Assembly (NCBI GenBank): GCA_965248435.1
Contig: OZ252100.1
Location: 4,800,001-4,864,000, forward strand
DNA length: 64,000 bases
Origin: Candidatus Latescibacterota bacterium
GTDB taxonomy: Bacteria; Latescibacterota; UBA2968; GCA-2709665
Direction of reading: 5' to 3'
Position 1 is the stretch's first letter. Every line of letters begins with the position of its first letter. A model generated the notes under the pieces. The model ran no database searches, was not told where the DNA came from, and saw only the letters and a list, made by a program, of their open reading frames with translations. A program made the position numbers and the translations under genes. Shown here piece by piece: positions 50,877-59,724 of this stretch.

Positions 50877-51012
50877 GACCGCAGACGACGGACGGCAGAC
50901 AGCAAAATGAGTAGCGCCATCTTTTCACTTTACGCGGTCCGCGGTCCATTGTCTGCGGTCACAGATAGCTTCTTTATGCCTTACCGCCGTGGTCCGCTGT
51001 CTGTCGTCTGCC
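50877..51012. repeat. Heptamer-periodic inverted arrays (GCAGACG/CGCGGTC type)
   Basis: gcagacg acggacg gcagaca ... cgcggtc cgcggtc cattgtc tgcggtc ... cgctgtc tgtcgtc. Confidence 0.65.
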
Positions 51013-51085
51013 TTTCACAGGGCTTGATTTTGATGCCGCACTGCTGTAAGTATTACTTCCTAGAGTTTTGATTCGTGAGAGGAAT

Positions 51086-51976
51086 ATGGACAGAAAATTT
51101 TGTGCGGGTCTGATCCAGATGGCCTGTTCGATCGACATGAAAGAGAATCTGGATCGCGCCCTGTCTATGACCGAGGAGGCAGTGGGTGCCGGCGCGCAGG
51201 TGGTCTGCCTGCAAGAGCTGTTTCGTTCGGCATACTTCTGCCAGGAGGAGGACCTGGACCGTTTCGATCTTGCCGAGTCGATACCCGGTCCGTCCACCGA
51301 GGCCATGGGCAGGCTGGCCCGGAGTGAAGGCGTGGTTCTGGTCGTACCTGTGTTTGAAAGACGCGCGTCGGGACTGTATCACAACAGCGCGGTGATCATC
51401 GACAGCGATGGCGAGATCGTCGGAATCTACCGGAAGATGCACATACCGGACGATCCGGCCTACTACGAGAAGTTCTATTTTACTCCGGGAGACCTCGGTT
51501 TCCAGGTGTTCGAGACACGCGTCGGGCGGATCGGCGTTTTGATCTGCTGGGATCAATGGTACCCGGAGGCCGCTCGACTGACTGCGCTTCGTGGTGCGGA
51601 TATCCTCTTTTACCCGTCCGCGATCGGATGGCATTCAAGAGAGGCGCTCGACCTGGGGCCTGTTTGGAAGGAGGCCTGGCAGACCGTCCAGCGCGGGCAC
51701 GCCGTCGCGAACGGGCTGCACGTGGCGGCAGTGAACCGGGTCGGGATGGAGATTTCTCGGGACGAGGAGGGGATCGAATTCTGGGGGTCTTCCTTTTTCG
51801 CAGACCCGCAGGGGGTCGTTCTGGCCGAAGCCTCGGCATCCCGGGAGGAAATCCTCATGGCCGAGGTTGACCTTGGCAAGCGAGAGGAGGTCAGGCGTAA
51901 CTGGCCATTCTTGAGGGACCGGAGAATCGATGCGTATGGTGGAATCGACGAGCGCTACCTGGACAATCGAGGATGA
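51086..51976 (+). CDS. aguB: N-carbamoylputrescine amidase (carbon-nitrogen hydrolase)
   Basis: LQELF, YRKMHIPDDP, ICWDQWYPE, WPFLRDRR; adjacent to aguA. Confidence 0.88.
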   Translation: MDRKFCAGLIQMACSIDMKENLDRALSMTEEAVGAGAQVVCLQELFRSAYFCQEEDLDRFDLAESIPGPSTEAMGRLARSEGVVLVVPVFERRASGLYHNSAVIIDSDGEIVGIYRKMHIPDDPAYYEKFYFTPGDLGFQVFETRVGRIGVLICWDQWYPEAARLTALRGADILFYPSAIGWHSREALDLGPVWKEAWQTVQRGHAVANGLHVAAVNRVGMEISRDEEGIEFWGSSFFADPQGVVLAEASASREEILMAEVDLGKREEVRRNWPFLRDRRIDAYGGIDERYLDNRG

Positions 51977-53066
51977 GACCGACAGCACGAACGCGGCGCG
52001 GAACGCGAAGCCTGCCGAGCTCGGGTTTCGCCTGCCGGCCGAATGGGACCCTCACGACGCGACGTGGATCGCCTGGCCCCACAACCGCGGAGACTGGCCG
52101 GGAAGACTGACTCCGGTCAGGTGGGCCTTCGCGGAGATCGCAAGGAAGTTGGCGGCGAGCGAAACGGTTCGGATCCTCGTCAATTCGAAGGCCCACGAAG
52201 TGCAGGCACAGCGGCTCCTCGATCGCGCAGGCGTCCCAGGGTCTCGCATCCAGTTCTTCCGAATTCCGACCGACCGGGCCTGGACGCGCGACTTCGGGCC
52301 GATATTTCTCAGGGAGGATTCAGGAGGTGAACTGGCTGTCGTTCGATTCAAGTTCAACGGATGGGCACGCTACGACGACTGGAGATCGGATGATGCGGTC
52401 GCGGGGCGCGTGGCGCGCAGACTCGGATTCAGGACGTTTTCCGTTACGAGGAAGGGGCGGCGGTTCGTCCTGGAGGGCGGAAGCGTAGATGCGAATGGGG
52501 ACGGGGTCTTTCTGGCCTCGGAGCCGTGTCTTCTGGACAACGGCCGGCAGGTCAGGAATCCGGGCGTGGGACGCGGCGAGGTCGAGTCTGTTCTGGGGGA
52601 TTATCTGGGGGCGAAACAGATCTTGTGGCTGGGAGGCGGGATGCCGGGGGACGATACGAACGGCCACGTGGACAACTTCTGTCGGTTCGTGGGTCCCGAA
52701 AGGGTCGTGCTCTGCGAAGAAGCGAGCGGGAGAGATCCGAACGCTCGGGCGCTCGAGGAGAACAGAGAGCGCCTCGAAGGGCAGCGTTTAAACGGCGGTT
52801 CGAACCTGGATGTTGTGCGTATTCCCGTTCCGTCGCCGCTCACCCTTGGCGATCAACGCCTGCCGGCGAGTTACACCAATTTCTACATCTCGAACGGCCA
52901 CGTTCTTGTGCCCACGTTCAACGATCCGAAAGACAGAATCGCGCTCGGGATCCTATCAGAGCTGTTCAAAGACCGAGAAGTCGTGGGCATACACGCGGTG
53001 GACCTGGTCTGGGGACTCGGGGGAATTCATTGTCTGACACGAGAACAACCTAAAAGCCGTGGATAA
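51930..53066 (+). CDS. aguA: Agmatine deiminase family protein
   Basis: PAEW, WTRDFGP, LEGG, DDTNGHVD, ASYTNF, GGIHCLT. Confidence 0.9.
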   Translation: MRMVESTSATWTIEDETDSTNAARNAKPAELGFRLPAEWDPHDATWIAWPHNRGDWPGRLTPVRWAFAEIARKLAASETVRILVNSKAHEVQAQRLLDRAGVPGSRIQFFRIPTDRAWTRDFGPIFLREDSGGELAVVRFKFNGWARYDDWRSDDAVAGRVARRLGFRTFSVTRKGRRFVLEGGSVDANGDGVFLASEPCLLDNGRQVRNPGVGRGEVESVLGDYLGAKQILWLGGGMPGDDTNGHVDNFCRFVGPERVVLCEEASGRDPNARALEENRERLEGQRLNGGSNLDVVRIPVPSPLTLGDQRLPASYTNFYISNGHVLVPTFNDPKDRIALGILSELFKDREVVGIHAVDLVWGLGGIHCLTREQPKSRG

Positions 53067-53070
53067 AAAA

Positions 53071-53116
53071 TTGAGGATTGCGGAGTGGGGATTACGGATT
53101 GAAATTCGGATGCGGG
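53071..53116. repeat. GCGGATT-type heptamer array
   Basis: gaggatt gcggagt ggggatt acggatt; same family as 15388-15491 and about 886-920. Confidence 0.6.
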
Positions 53117-53170
53117 GAGGGGTGAAGCCAGGGGCGTGACGGTGTTAGACCACGGAGAAAAGATCGCGGA

Positions 53171-53371
53171 TCAATTCAGGCGAATCTCCTCGATCGGACG
53201 GCCGAGGCGCGTCAATCTCGGTTTTTCTTCTTCTTCCTCTTCGTCTTTCTCCACCGGCTTTGGCATGTTTGCTTCAGCGTCGTCCCGGTCGATCTGGTTC
53301 AGTTGCTGAAGTGATAGCCAGGAGCAAAAGAGCCCCGTCACCAACATGCTGCCGGCTGCAACGAACAACAT
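53171..53371 (-). CDS. Small single-TM hypothetical protein
   Basis: Purine-rich RBS region; N-terminal TM; acidic tail. Confidence 0.55.
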   Translation of the reverse strand: MLFVAAGSMLVTGLFCSWLSLQQLNQIDRDDAEANMPKPVEKDEEEEEEKPRLTRLGRPIEEIRLN

Positions 53372-53484
53372 ATCCTTACTCCTGTGAGGTGTTTAGGCGT
53401 TGCGTGGTCCTATTAAGACTATCGGCTGTTTTGGGAAAAGCTTGATCGAATTTTCGCCCTCTATAGGAGGAGAAAGATGCTGTT

Positions 53485-54669
53485 TTGTATAGGTTTACGA
53501 GCACACCGACGAACCTGATTCGGGGGGTGTGGCTGGGCAGTCTGTTTGCTGGTTTCCTTTGCAGTGAGGGGCTGGCAGCCCCCAGGCCCGAGGTCACAGA
53601 TCTCGTCCAGCAGATCTCGAGGACCAACCTGGAAACGACGGTCAACCGTCAGATCGCGTTCGAGACGCGGTTTATGGGTTCGGACTCGAACACGGCCGCG
53701 ACGCTGTGGCTGAGGGAGAAGATGGAGGGATTCGGATACACGGACGCCAGGCTGGACAGCTTCAAGGTGAACATCAACCGGACCCTGCTCGGCAAACGGT
53801 TTATCTTGAACGACCTCACGCAGTGGAACGTCGTAGCGACAAAGCCGGGACTGCTCTACCCGGACCGGCAGATCGTTGTCGGCGGTCACTTCGACTCCAT
53901 CTCGCTGGACCGGGTCCAGGGCGATCAGGATTTCGCGCCCGGCGCCGACGACAACGCTTCGGGGGTCTCCGCGGTCCTGGAGATCGCGCGGCTGATCCAG
54001 GACGTGGACCTCGATGTGACGGTCGTGTTCGCGTTTTGGGGAGCGGAAGAACTGGGGCTGATCGGGAGCCGGCACTACGCCAATGCGGCACGGGATCGGG
54101 AGGACGAGATTCTGCTCATGCTCCAGTTGGATGTGATCGGAACCCGATCCACCACCTTTCCGGAGGCCTTCACGATCGATACGGTCAGTCGCTACCTCGC
54201 AGAGGGTGAGGTCGTGGCCGAGGCCGCGAGGGACTACACGTCGATCCGTGCGCGCCGCAGTACTGGCGAGGGGGTGTCGATATCTGCCTCGGGCTGTCGA
54301 TGTTCCGACCATCAGTCCTTCATCGATACCGGCTTCCCCGGAGTGGGCGTGTTTCAGCACATTCAGAATCCTGCGCCGCACATCAACATGAGCACGGATA
54401 CTTTGGACAAGGTCGATTTCTCCCTGGTTGAGGAGGTGTCCAAGGCCTCTCTGGCAGCGGTCTTGGAGGCCGCCGGATTTCCGGCAAGAACGCCTGACTT
54501 CGACGGGGACGGGGAGGTGGGGTTTCTGGATTTCGTAGCGTTCGCAAACATGTTCGACGTGCTCGTCGTGGGGGATGAAGAGGTCCGGTTCGATCTGGAC
54601 AGGGACGGATTCGTGGGATTTTCAGACTTTACGCTGTTCGCGCTGAATTTTGGACGCAGGCTGAAGTAG
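53485..54669 (+). CDS. M28 metallopeptidase with C-terminal dockerin/EF-hand-like repeat
   Basis: GGHFDS, PGADDNASG, AEELGLIGS, SDH; DFDGDGEVGFLDF and DLDRDGFVGFSDF. Confidence 0.88.
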   Translation: MYRFTSTPTNLIRGVWLGSLFAGFLCSEGLAAPRPEVTDLVQQISRTNLETTVNRQIAFETRFMGSDSNTAATLWLREKMEGFGYTDARLDSFKVNINRTLLGKRFILNDLTQWNVVATKPGLLYPDRQIVVGGHFDSISLDRVQGDQDFAPGADDNASGVSAVLEIARLIQDVDLDVTVVFAFWGAEELGLIGSRHYANAARDREDEILLMLQLDVIGTRSTTFPEAFTIDTVSRYLAEGEVVAEAARDYTSIRARRSTGEGVSISASGCRCSDHQSFIDTGFPGVGVFQHIQNPAPHINMSTDTLDKVDFSLVEEVSKASLAAVLEAAGFPARTPDFDGDGEVGFLDFVAFANMFDVLVVGDEEVRFDLDRDGFVGFSDFTLFALNFGRRLK

Positions 54670-54697
54670 GTCAGCGAATCGGGAGGGCATTCGTATC

Positions 54698-56011
54698 CTG
54701 GACATTCTTCGGAAATATTTTCGATTTCAAGAGTTGGGAACAGACTTCCGAAGAGAGGTGGTCGGCGGGCTCACGACGTTTGTGACGATGGCCTACATCG
54801 TGGCCGTAAACCCGGCCATTCTGTCCGATGCGCTCGGGCGGGAGCTCTTTCCGGAGCTCCTTTTCGCGACGTGTGTCTCGGCAGCCATCGCAACGTTGAT
54901 CATGGGGATCGGAGCCAACTATCCCTTTGCCCTCGCCCCCGGGATGGGATTGAACACCTTTTTTGCTTACACGGTCGTTCTGGGGAAGGGTGTTCATTCC
55001 GACCTGGCTCTGGGGGTCGTGCTTGCATCCGGGGTGATCTTTACCCTGCTCTCCCTGGCGAAGATCAGGGAGGCCATCATCAACGCGATTCCGGACGTGC
55101 TCAAGCAGGCGACGGCGGGCGGGATCGGGCTGTTCATCGCCTTTATCGGATTAAAGAACGCGGGGATCGTGATAGATGATCCGGAAACGCTCGTTACCCT
55201 CGGCGACACACGAAGCGGCGCGGTGGGGCTGTCGCTGCTGGGGATTGTCGGAATCGGCGTGCTTCTGGTCCGCGGATTCAGAGGGTCGATACTGATCGGC
55301 GTACTCGGCGTCACCCTGCTGGGCATGGTCGTTGGCGCATCGCCCACGCCCGATCGAATCTTCAGCCTGCCTGCCTGGCCGGAACGGCTGTTCGGCGTCG
55401 CGGTCTTGAATTTCACGGCTGCGTTCGATATAGCCCTGATCGGCTTCGTCTTCGCCTTTCTCTTCGTGGATCTGTTCGACACGATGGGAACGCTGGTGGG
55501 GCTATCGGAGCGAACGGGCTTTCTCGACGAACAGGGCCGTCTGCCCCGGGCGAACCGTGCGCTTCTCGCTGATTCCTTCGGGACGATGGTGGGGGCTGTC
55601 TTCGGGACCTCCACCGTCACGACCTACATCGAGAGCGCCGCAGGCACATCCGTGGGCGCGCGCACCGGGTTTGCGAGTGTTGTGACCGGGATGCTTTTTC
55701 TTCTCGGCCTCTTTGTTACCCCTCTCGTCGCGTCGATTCCTGCCTTCGCGACCGCGCCCGCGCTGATCGTCGTCGGGGTATCGATGATGGCCTCCGTAGT
55801 CCGGATCCGGTGGAGCGACGTTTCAGACGCGCTCCCCGCCTTCTTGACGATTATCGCCATGCCGTTGACGTTCAGCATCGCAAATGGCGTGGCTCTCGGA
55901 CTGGTCACCTACCCGATCGTCAAGCGGGTAGGGGGCCGGGGTAAAGACGTGCATCCGCTCGTTGACCTGCTCGCGGTCGTGTTTATCGCCAGATATCTCT
56001 TTATGGATTAG
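54698..56011 (+). CDS. NCS2/AzgA-type purine permease
   Basis: TTFVTMAYIV, LAPGMGLN, DLFDTMGT, TTYIESAAG; probable start upstream of the TTG at 54734. Confidence 0.9.
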   Translation: MDILRKYFRFQELGTDFRREVVGGLTTFVTMAYIVAVNPAILSDALGRELFPELLFATCVSAAIATLIMGIGANYPFALAPGMGLNTFFAYTVVLGKGVHSDLALGVVLASGVIFTLLSLAKIREAIINAIPDVLKQATAGGIGLFIAFIGLKNAGIVIDDPETLVTLGDTRSGAVGLSLLGIVGIGVLLVRGFRGSILIGVLGVTLLGMVVGASPTPDRIFSLPAWPERLFGVAVLNFTAAFDIALIGFVFAFLFVDLFDTMGTLVGLSERTGFLDEQGRLPRANRALLADSFGTMVGAVFGTSTVTTYIESAAGTSVGARTGFASVVTGMLFLLGLFVTPLVASIPAFATAPALIVVGVSMMASVVRIRWSDVSDALPAFLTIIAMPLTFSIANGVALGLVTYPIVKRVGGRGKDVHPLVDLLAVVFIARYLFMD

Positions 56012-56051
56012 ATGACAGTCCCAGAGGAGGGTTATAGCCAAATTTATGTTG

Positions 56052-56189
56052 TTGACATTGCCAGATTTTGCATCGTAGTTTTGTGGAAGATACGAGGGCG
56101 CCATTGCCATCTCCCCCGGTGAGCCCGTGTCAGTACATATCCTTATGATCAAAACGACCGCATCCGGGAAGGTGCGGTTTTTTTCTTTT
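56052..56189 (+). promoter_or_regulatory. Promoter, structured leader and terminator upstream of the hybrid kinase
   Basis: TTGACA-N18-TAGTTT; hairpin at about 56088-56131; ACCGCATC-cgggaa-GGTGCGGT followed by a T run. Confidence 0.55.
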
Positions 56190-56259
56190 GTGAGGAAGAC
56201 GAGAAATGCTTAGCAGCTGAAACCGTCCGCGGTTTTGATCAGAACTGGAGGACAATGCA

Positions 56260-59200
56260 ATGTCGGGGATGCAGAGAACTTTCATTGTCGGCGGCACCTC
56301 GTTGACCGCGGCGATCTTCGCCGTGGACATCTTGCTGCCGTCGGGATTTGCGACCAACCTTCTATACACCCTGCTTGTGCTTGTCGGGTGGCTGGCGCCG
56401 TGGCCAGGCACGATCTTCATCATGGCCGCGGCAGCAACGGTGCTCAGTCTGGTGGGTAGCATCAGCGCTCCGGAAGCTGGGGAGGCCTGGGTGGCGGTCT
56501 TTAACCAATCCCTCCAGATTTCTGTGATCTGGGCAGTCGCCATCTTCTGTTTCCAGCGGAAACGTGCTGAAGCCGAGTGGCGGGGCGTCCAGGACGAGTT
56601 GGAACGCTGGACGTCCGACGCGTCTGGAGATCTCGAGACAGCGTCCGAAAAACTTCGCCCTGAAGGTAGTGGGCGCACACCTGCCGAGGAGATCCTTCAG
56701 GAAAGCGAGGCGCGTTTTCGCGAGCTTACCGAGCACATGCAGGAGGTGTTCTGGATCGCGAACGCGGATGGGGAGCAGATCATTTACGTCAGCCCAGCGT
56801 ACGAGGAAGTTTGGAGAAGGTCGCGCAAGTCCGTCTACGAGGACCCCAGAAACTGGCTCAAGGTGGTCCATCCAGAGGATCGCGGCCGGGTGCGCAAAGC
56901 CTTCTATTCCAGGGTCCCAGAGCTGGAGTTCGAAGAAGAATATAGGATTCTACGTCCGGGCAATTTCGTTAGATGGATTCGGCACCGCGGTTTCCCCATT
57001 CGAAATAATAAGGGAGAGATCTACAGGGTTGCCGGGATCGCGGAGGACATTACCGACCGCAAGCTGGCGGAGCTGGCGCTGCTCGAGGCGCGCGACGAGC
57101 TGGATCTGAGAGTACGCGAACGTACAAGCGAATTGAGGGCAGCCGTCGAGCAACTTCTGGAGGAAATCGAAGAGCGCAAACAGGCCGAGCTCGCCAGGCG
57201 AACGAGCGAGGCGAGGTACCGCACCCTCTTTGAGGAATCAAGAGATGCCATCTATATCACTACGCGCGAGGGTCGGTTTATCGCTGTCAATCAAGCACAG
57301 CTGGATCTTTTCGGGTATACCAGGGAAGGGATGCTCGATCTCGATGTGGCGGAGAGTTACGCTGATCCCGAGGATCGGGTCAAATTCCAAAGGGAGATTG
57401 AGCTTCACGGCTCGGTAAAGGACTACGAAGTCAAAATGCTCAGAAAAGATGGCACGGTGATCGACGCGCTTCTGACCGGCACAGTGAGGCGGGACAGCGA
57501 AGGCGGCGTTCTGGGATACCAGGGCATCATTCGGGATGTCTCTGAGCTCAAGCGCTCGCTGGAGGCACTGCGCGAGAGTGAAGAGCGATACCGGGGTCTT
57601 TTCGAGGAGTCCAGAGATCCGATCACGATGGCGACCCGGGATGCGCGGTTTGTCGACGTCAACCGCGCGGCCCTGGATCTCTTTGGATACACTGAAGAGG
57701 AAATGCTCGGGCTGAGTAGCGTAGAGCTATACGCGAACCCCGAGGATCGCAGGCTGTTTCAACAGGAAATTGAACGGCAGGGCTTTGTGAAAGACCATGA
57801 AGTGACATTGCAAAAGAAGGATGGAACAGAGATAGCCTGCCTGTTCTCGGCAACCGTACGTCGGGGAATGGACGGGAGCATTCTGGGATATCAAGGCATC
57901 ATCAGCGACATAACCGAACGCGGGCGAGTCGAAAATTCGCTCAGGGAGTCTGAGGAGAAGTATAGATCGCTCGTAGAGCAGGCCCTCGATGGCATCTATC
58001 TTATTCAGGATGAACGCTATAAATTCGGCAACCAGACCTACCTGGATATGCTGGGTTACACTCGACAGGAGCTCTTGGACCTCGATCCCTGGGATGTTGT
58101 CGCTCCTGAAAGCACGGAACGCGTTCGAGAAAGGATTCAGAGACGGGAACAGGGCGAGGTTCTACCGGGAACGTCAGAAATGAAATTCGTGAGAAAGGAT
58201 GGAAGCCTGTTTGACGTGGAGGCGAACGTAAAGGAGATCACCTACGAGGGACGTCGCGCGATGCAGGGCTGCGTGAGAGACATCAGCGAGCGCAAGCGGG
58301 CGGAGAAGGAGATGGTGAAGTTGGAGCGCCTTCGCGCGCTGGGTGAGATGGCTGCAGGTGTCAGTCACAATCTGAACAACATCCTGATGGGGATCCTGGG
58401 GCCTTGCGAGATCCTTCAGCTGCTGGATCTCGAGCCTGAGATCCTGAAGGAGACGCAGACGATCCACAGGTCGGGGATGCGCGCCCGGGAGCTCGTGAAG
58501 CGACTCAGCCAGGCCGTTCGAAGCGGAGACGAGACCCAGACGGAGCCCACGCACATTGGCAAGATGGTTGAAGATGCGATTCAATCGACGAGGCCGAAGT
58601 GGAAGGACGAGGCTGAAGCCAGGGGAATCTCGATCGAAGTTACGACGGATTTGAAGGATATGTCACCCGTTAATGCCACGCAGTTCGAATTGCACGACAT
58701 TCTGATAAACTTGCTGTTGAATGCAGTTGATGCCATGCCCGAAGGGGGAAGGATTACGCTCCAGACCAGGGTGGTTTCACAAGGTGTCCAACTGAAGGTG
58801 ATAGACACGGGCACGGGCATGGATGATGAGACACGCAAGCGGGTGTTCGAGCCGTTCTTCACGACCAAAACGGACGTTGGGACAGGACTGGGACTGTCCA
58901 CGGTCTACAACTCGGTAAGGAGGTGGGGGGGAAGCATAGATGTAGACAGTTCCCCCGGAAAGGGTACTGCCTTTACGATTCGACTTCCTGCGTGGAAAGG
59001 TCCGATAGAAAGTGACTTTGTTCGATCGAGCATCGCAAAGGCGGACCCGGGAAGGCTTCTGGTCGTCGAGGACGACGAGATGGTTCGGGACTTTCTCTCC
59101 GGTCTGTTGTCCGAGGAGCACGATGTCGAGGCGGTTCCTAGCGGCCTCGAGGCGTTGAACAGATTTCGGGCCGGAGACTTCGATGTCGTGCTGGTCGACC

Positions 59201-59442
59201 TCAGTCTGCCAGAGATGTCCGGGGATGAGCTGGCTCAGAGGATTCGATTGGAAGATCCATTGATCACCACTTTATTGATAACCGGGTGGGAGATCGATGA
59301 GGTTAAATCAAGGACGGCGGACTTTGATTTCACACTCCAGAAACCGCTGACACCTCTCGTCAAGGTCAAGGACGTCGTGGCGCGTGCCATCGAGCTTCGT
59401 CGAGAAAGGGTAAAAGCCAATGGAGTGCAGTTGAAGAGGTAA
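56260..59442 (+). CDS. Membrane-bound multi-PAS hybrid histidine kinase/response regulator
   Basis: N-terminal TMs; 4 PAS/PAC; H-box SHNLNN; NAVDA, DTGTG, FFTTK, GTGLGL; REC (VVEDD, D, K). Confidence 0.93.
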   Translation: MSGMQRTFIVGGTSLTAAIFAVDILLPSGFATNLLYTLLVLVGWLAPWPGTIFIMAAAATVLSLVGSISAPEAGEAWVAVFNQSLQISVIWAVAIFCFQRKRAEAEWRGVQDELERWTSDASGDLETASEKLRPEGSGRTPAEEILQESEARFRELTEHMQEVFWIANADGEQIIYVSPAYEEVWRRSRKSVYEDPRNWLKVVHPEDRGRVRKAFYSRVPELEFEEEYRILRPGNFVRWIRHRGFPIRNNKGEIYRVAGIAEDITDRKLAELALLEARDELDLRVRERTSELRAAVEQLLEEIEERKQAELARRTSEARYRTLFEESRDAIYITTREGRFIAVNQAQLDLFGYTREGMLDLDVAESYADPEDRVKFQREIELHGSVKDYEVKMLRKDGTVIDALLTGTVRRDSEGGVLGYQGIIRDVSELKRSLEALRESEERYRGLFEESRDPITMATRDARFVDVNRAALDLFGYTEEEMLGLSSVELYANPEDRRLFQQEIERQGFVKDHEVTLQKKDGTEIACLFSATVRRGMDGSILGYQGIISDITERGRVENSLRESEEKYRSLVEQALDGIYLIQDERYKFGNQTYLDMLGYTRQELLDLDPWDVVAPESTERVRERIQRREQGEVLPGTSEMKFVRKDGSLFDVEANVKEITYEGRRAMQGCVRDISERKRAEKEMVKLERLRALGEMAAGVSHNLNNILMGILGPCEILQLLDLEPEILKETQTIHRSGMRARELVKRLSQAVRSGDETQTEPTHIGKMVEDAIQSTRPKWKDEAEARGISIEVTTDLKDMSPVNATQFELHDILINLLLNAVDAMPEGGRITLQTRVVSQGVQLKVIDTGTGMDDETRKRVFEPFFTTKTDVGTGLGLSTVYNSVRRWGGSIDVDSSPGKGTAFTIRLPAWKGPIESDFVRSSIAKADPGRLLVVEDDEMVRDFLSGLLSEEHDVEAVPSGLEALNRFRAGDFDVVLVDLSLPEMSGDELAQRIRLEDPLITTLLITGWEIDEVKSRTADFDFTLQKPLTPLVKVKDVVARAIELRRERVKANGVQLKR

Positions 59443-59490
59443 GGCGGCATAAACGACCTTGGCGACGTCAACATCGTCGAGATTACGCCA

Positions 59491-59527
59491 CAAAAAAAAC
59501 CCGCCGGATGGCCATCCGGCGGGTTTT
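59491..59527. terminator. Bidirectional intrinsic terminator
   Basis: AAAAAAAACCCGCCGGATGGCCATCCGGCGGGTTTT. Confidence 0.85.
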
Positions 59528-59724
59528 GCATTCACACAAGGCGATTAGCAATTTAACCTACCCCGCCCCACCAGGGCACCCCGGAACATCGTCTGGTTCG
59601 ATTATTAGAATGCCCTCCTTGGGGAAGATCTAGGGGTGGGTTTGATGGGCAGAAACCCTATTGTGACCCACCCCGACCCGGGAGGGGATTTTTGGCCCAA
59701 TACCAATATTCGACGAAATACGCT

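Noticed and set aside
51973-52110. ATG overlapping the aguB stop as the aguA start (implying a frameshift)
   Set aside because: That ATG is out of frame; the in-frame ATG at 51930 has a GGAG RBS, so no frameshift is needed
59530-59720. 6S RNA downstream of pheT
   Set aside because: No long closing stem or central bubble recognisable by eye
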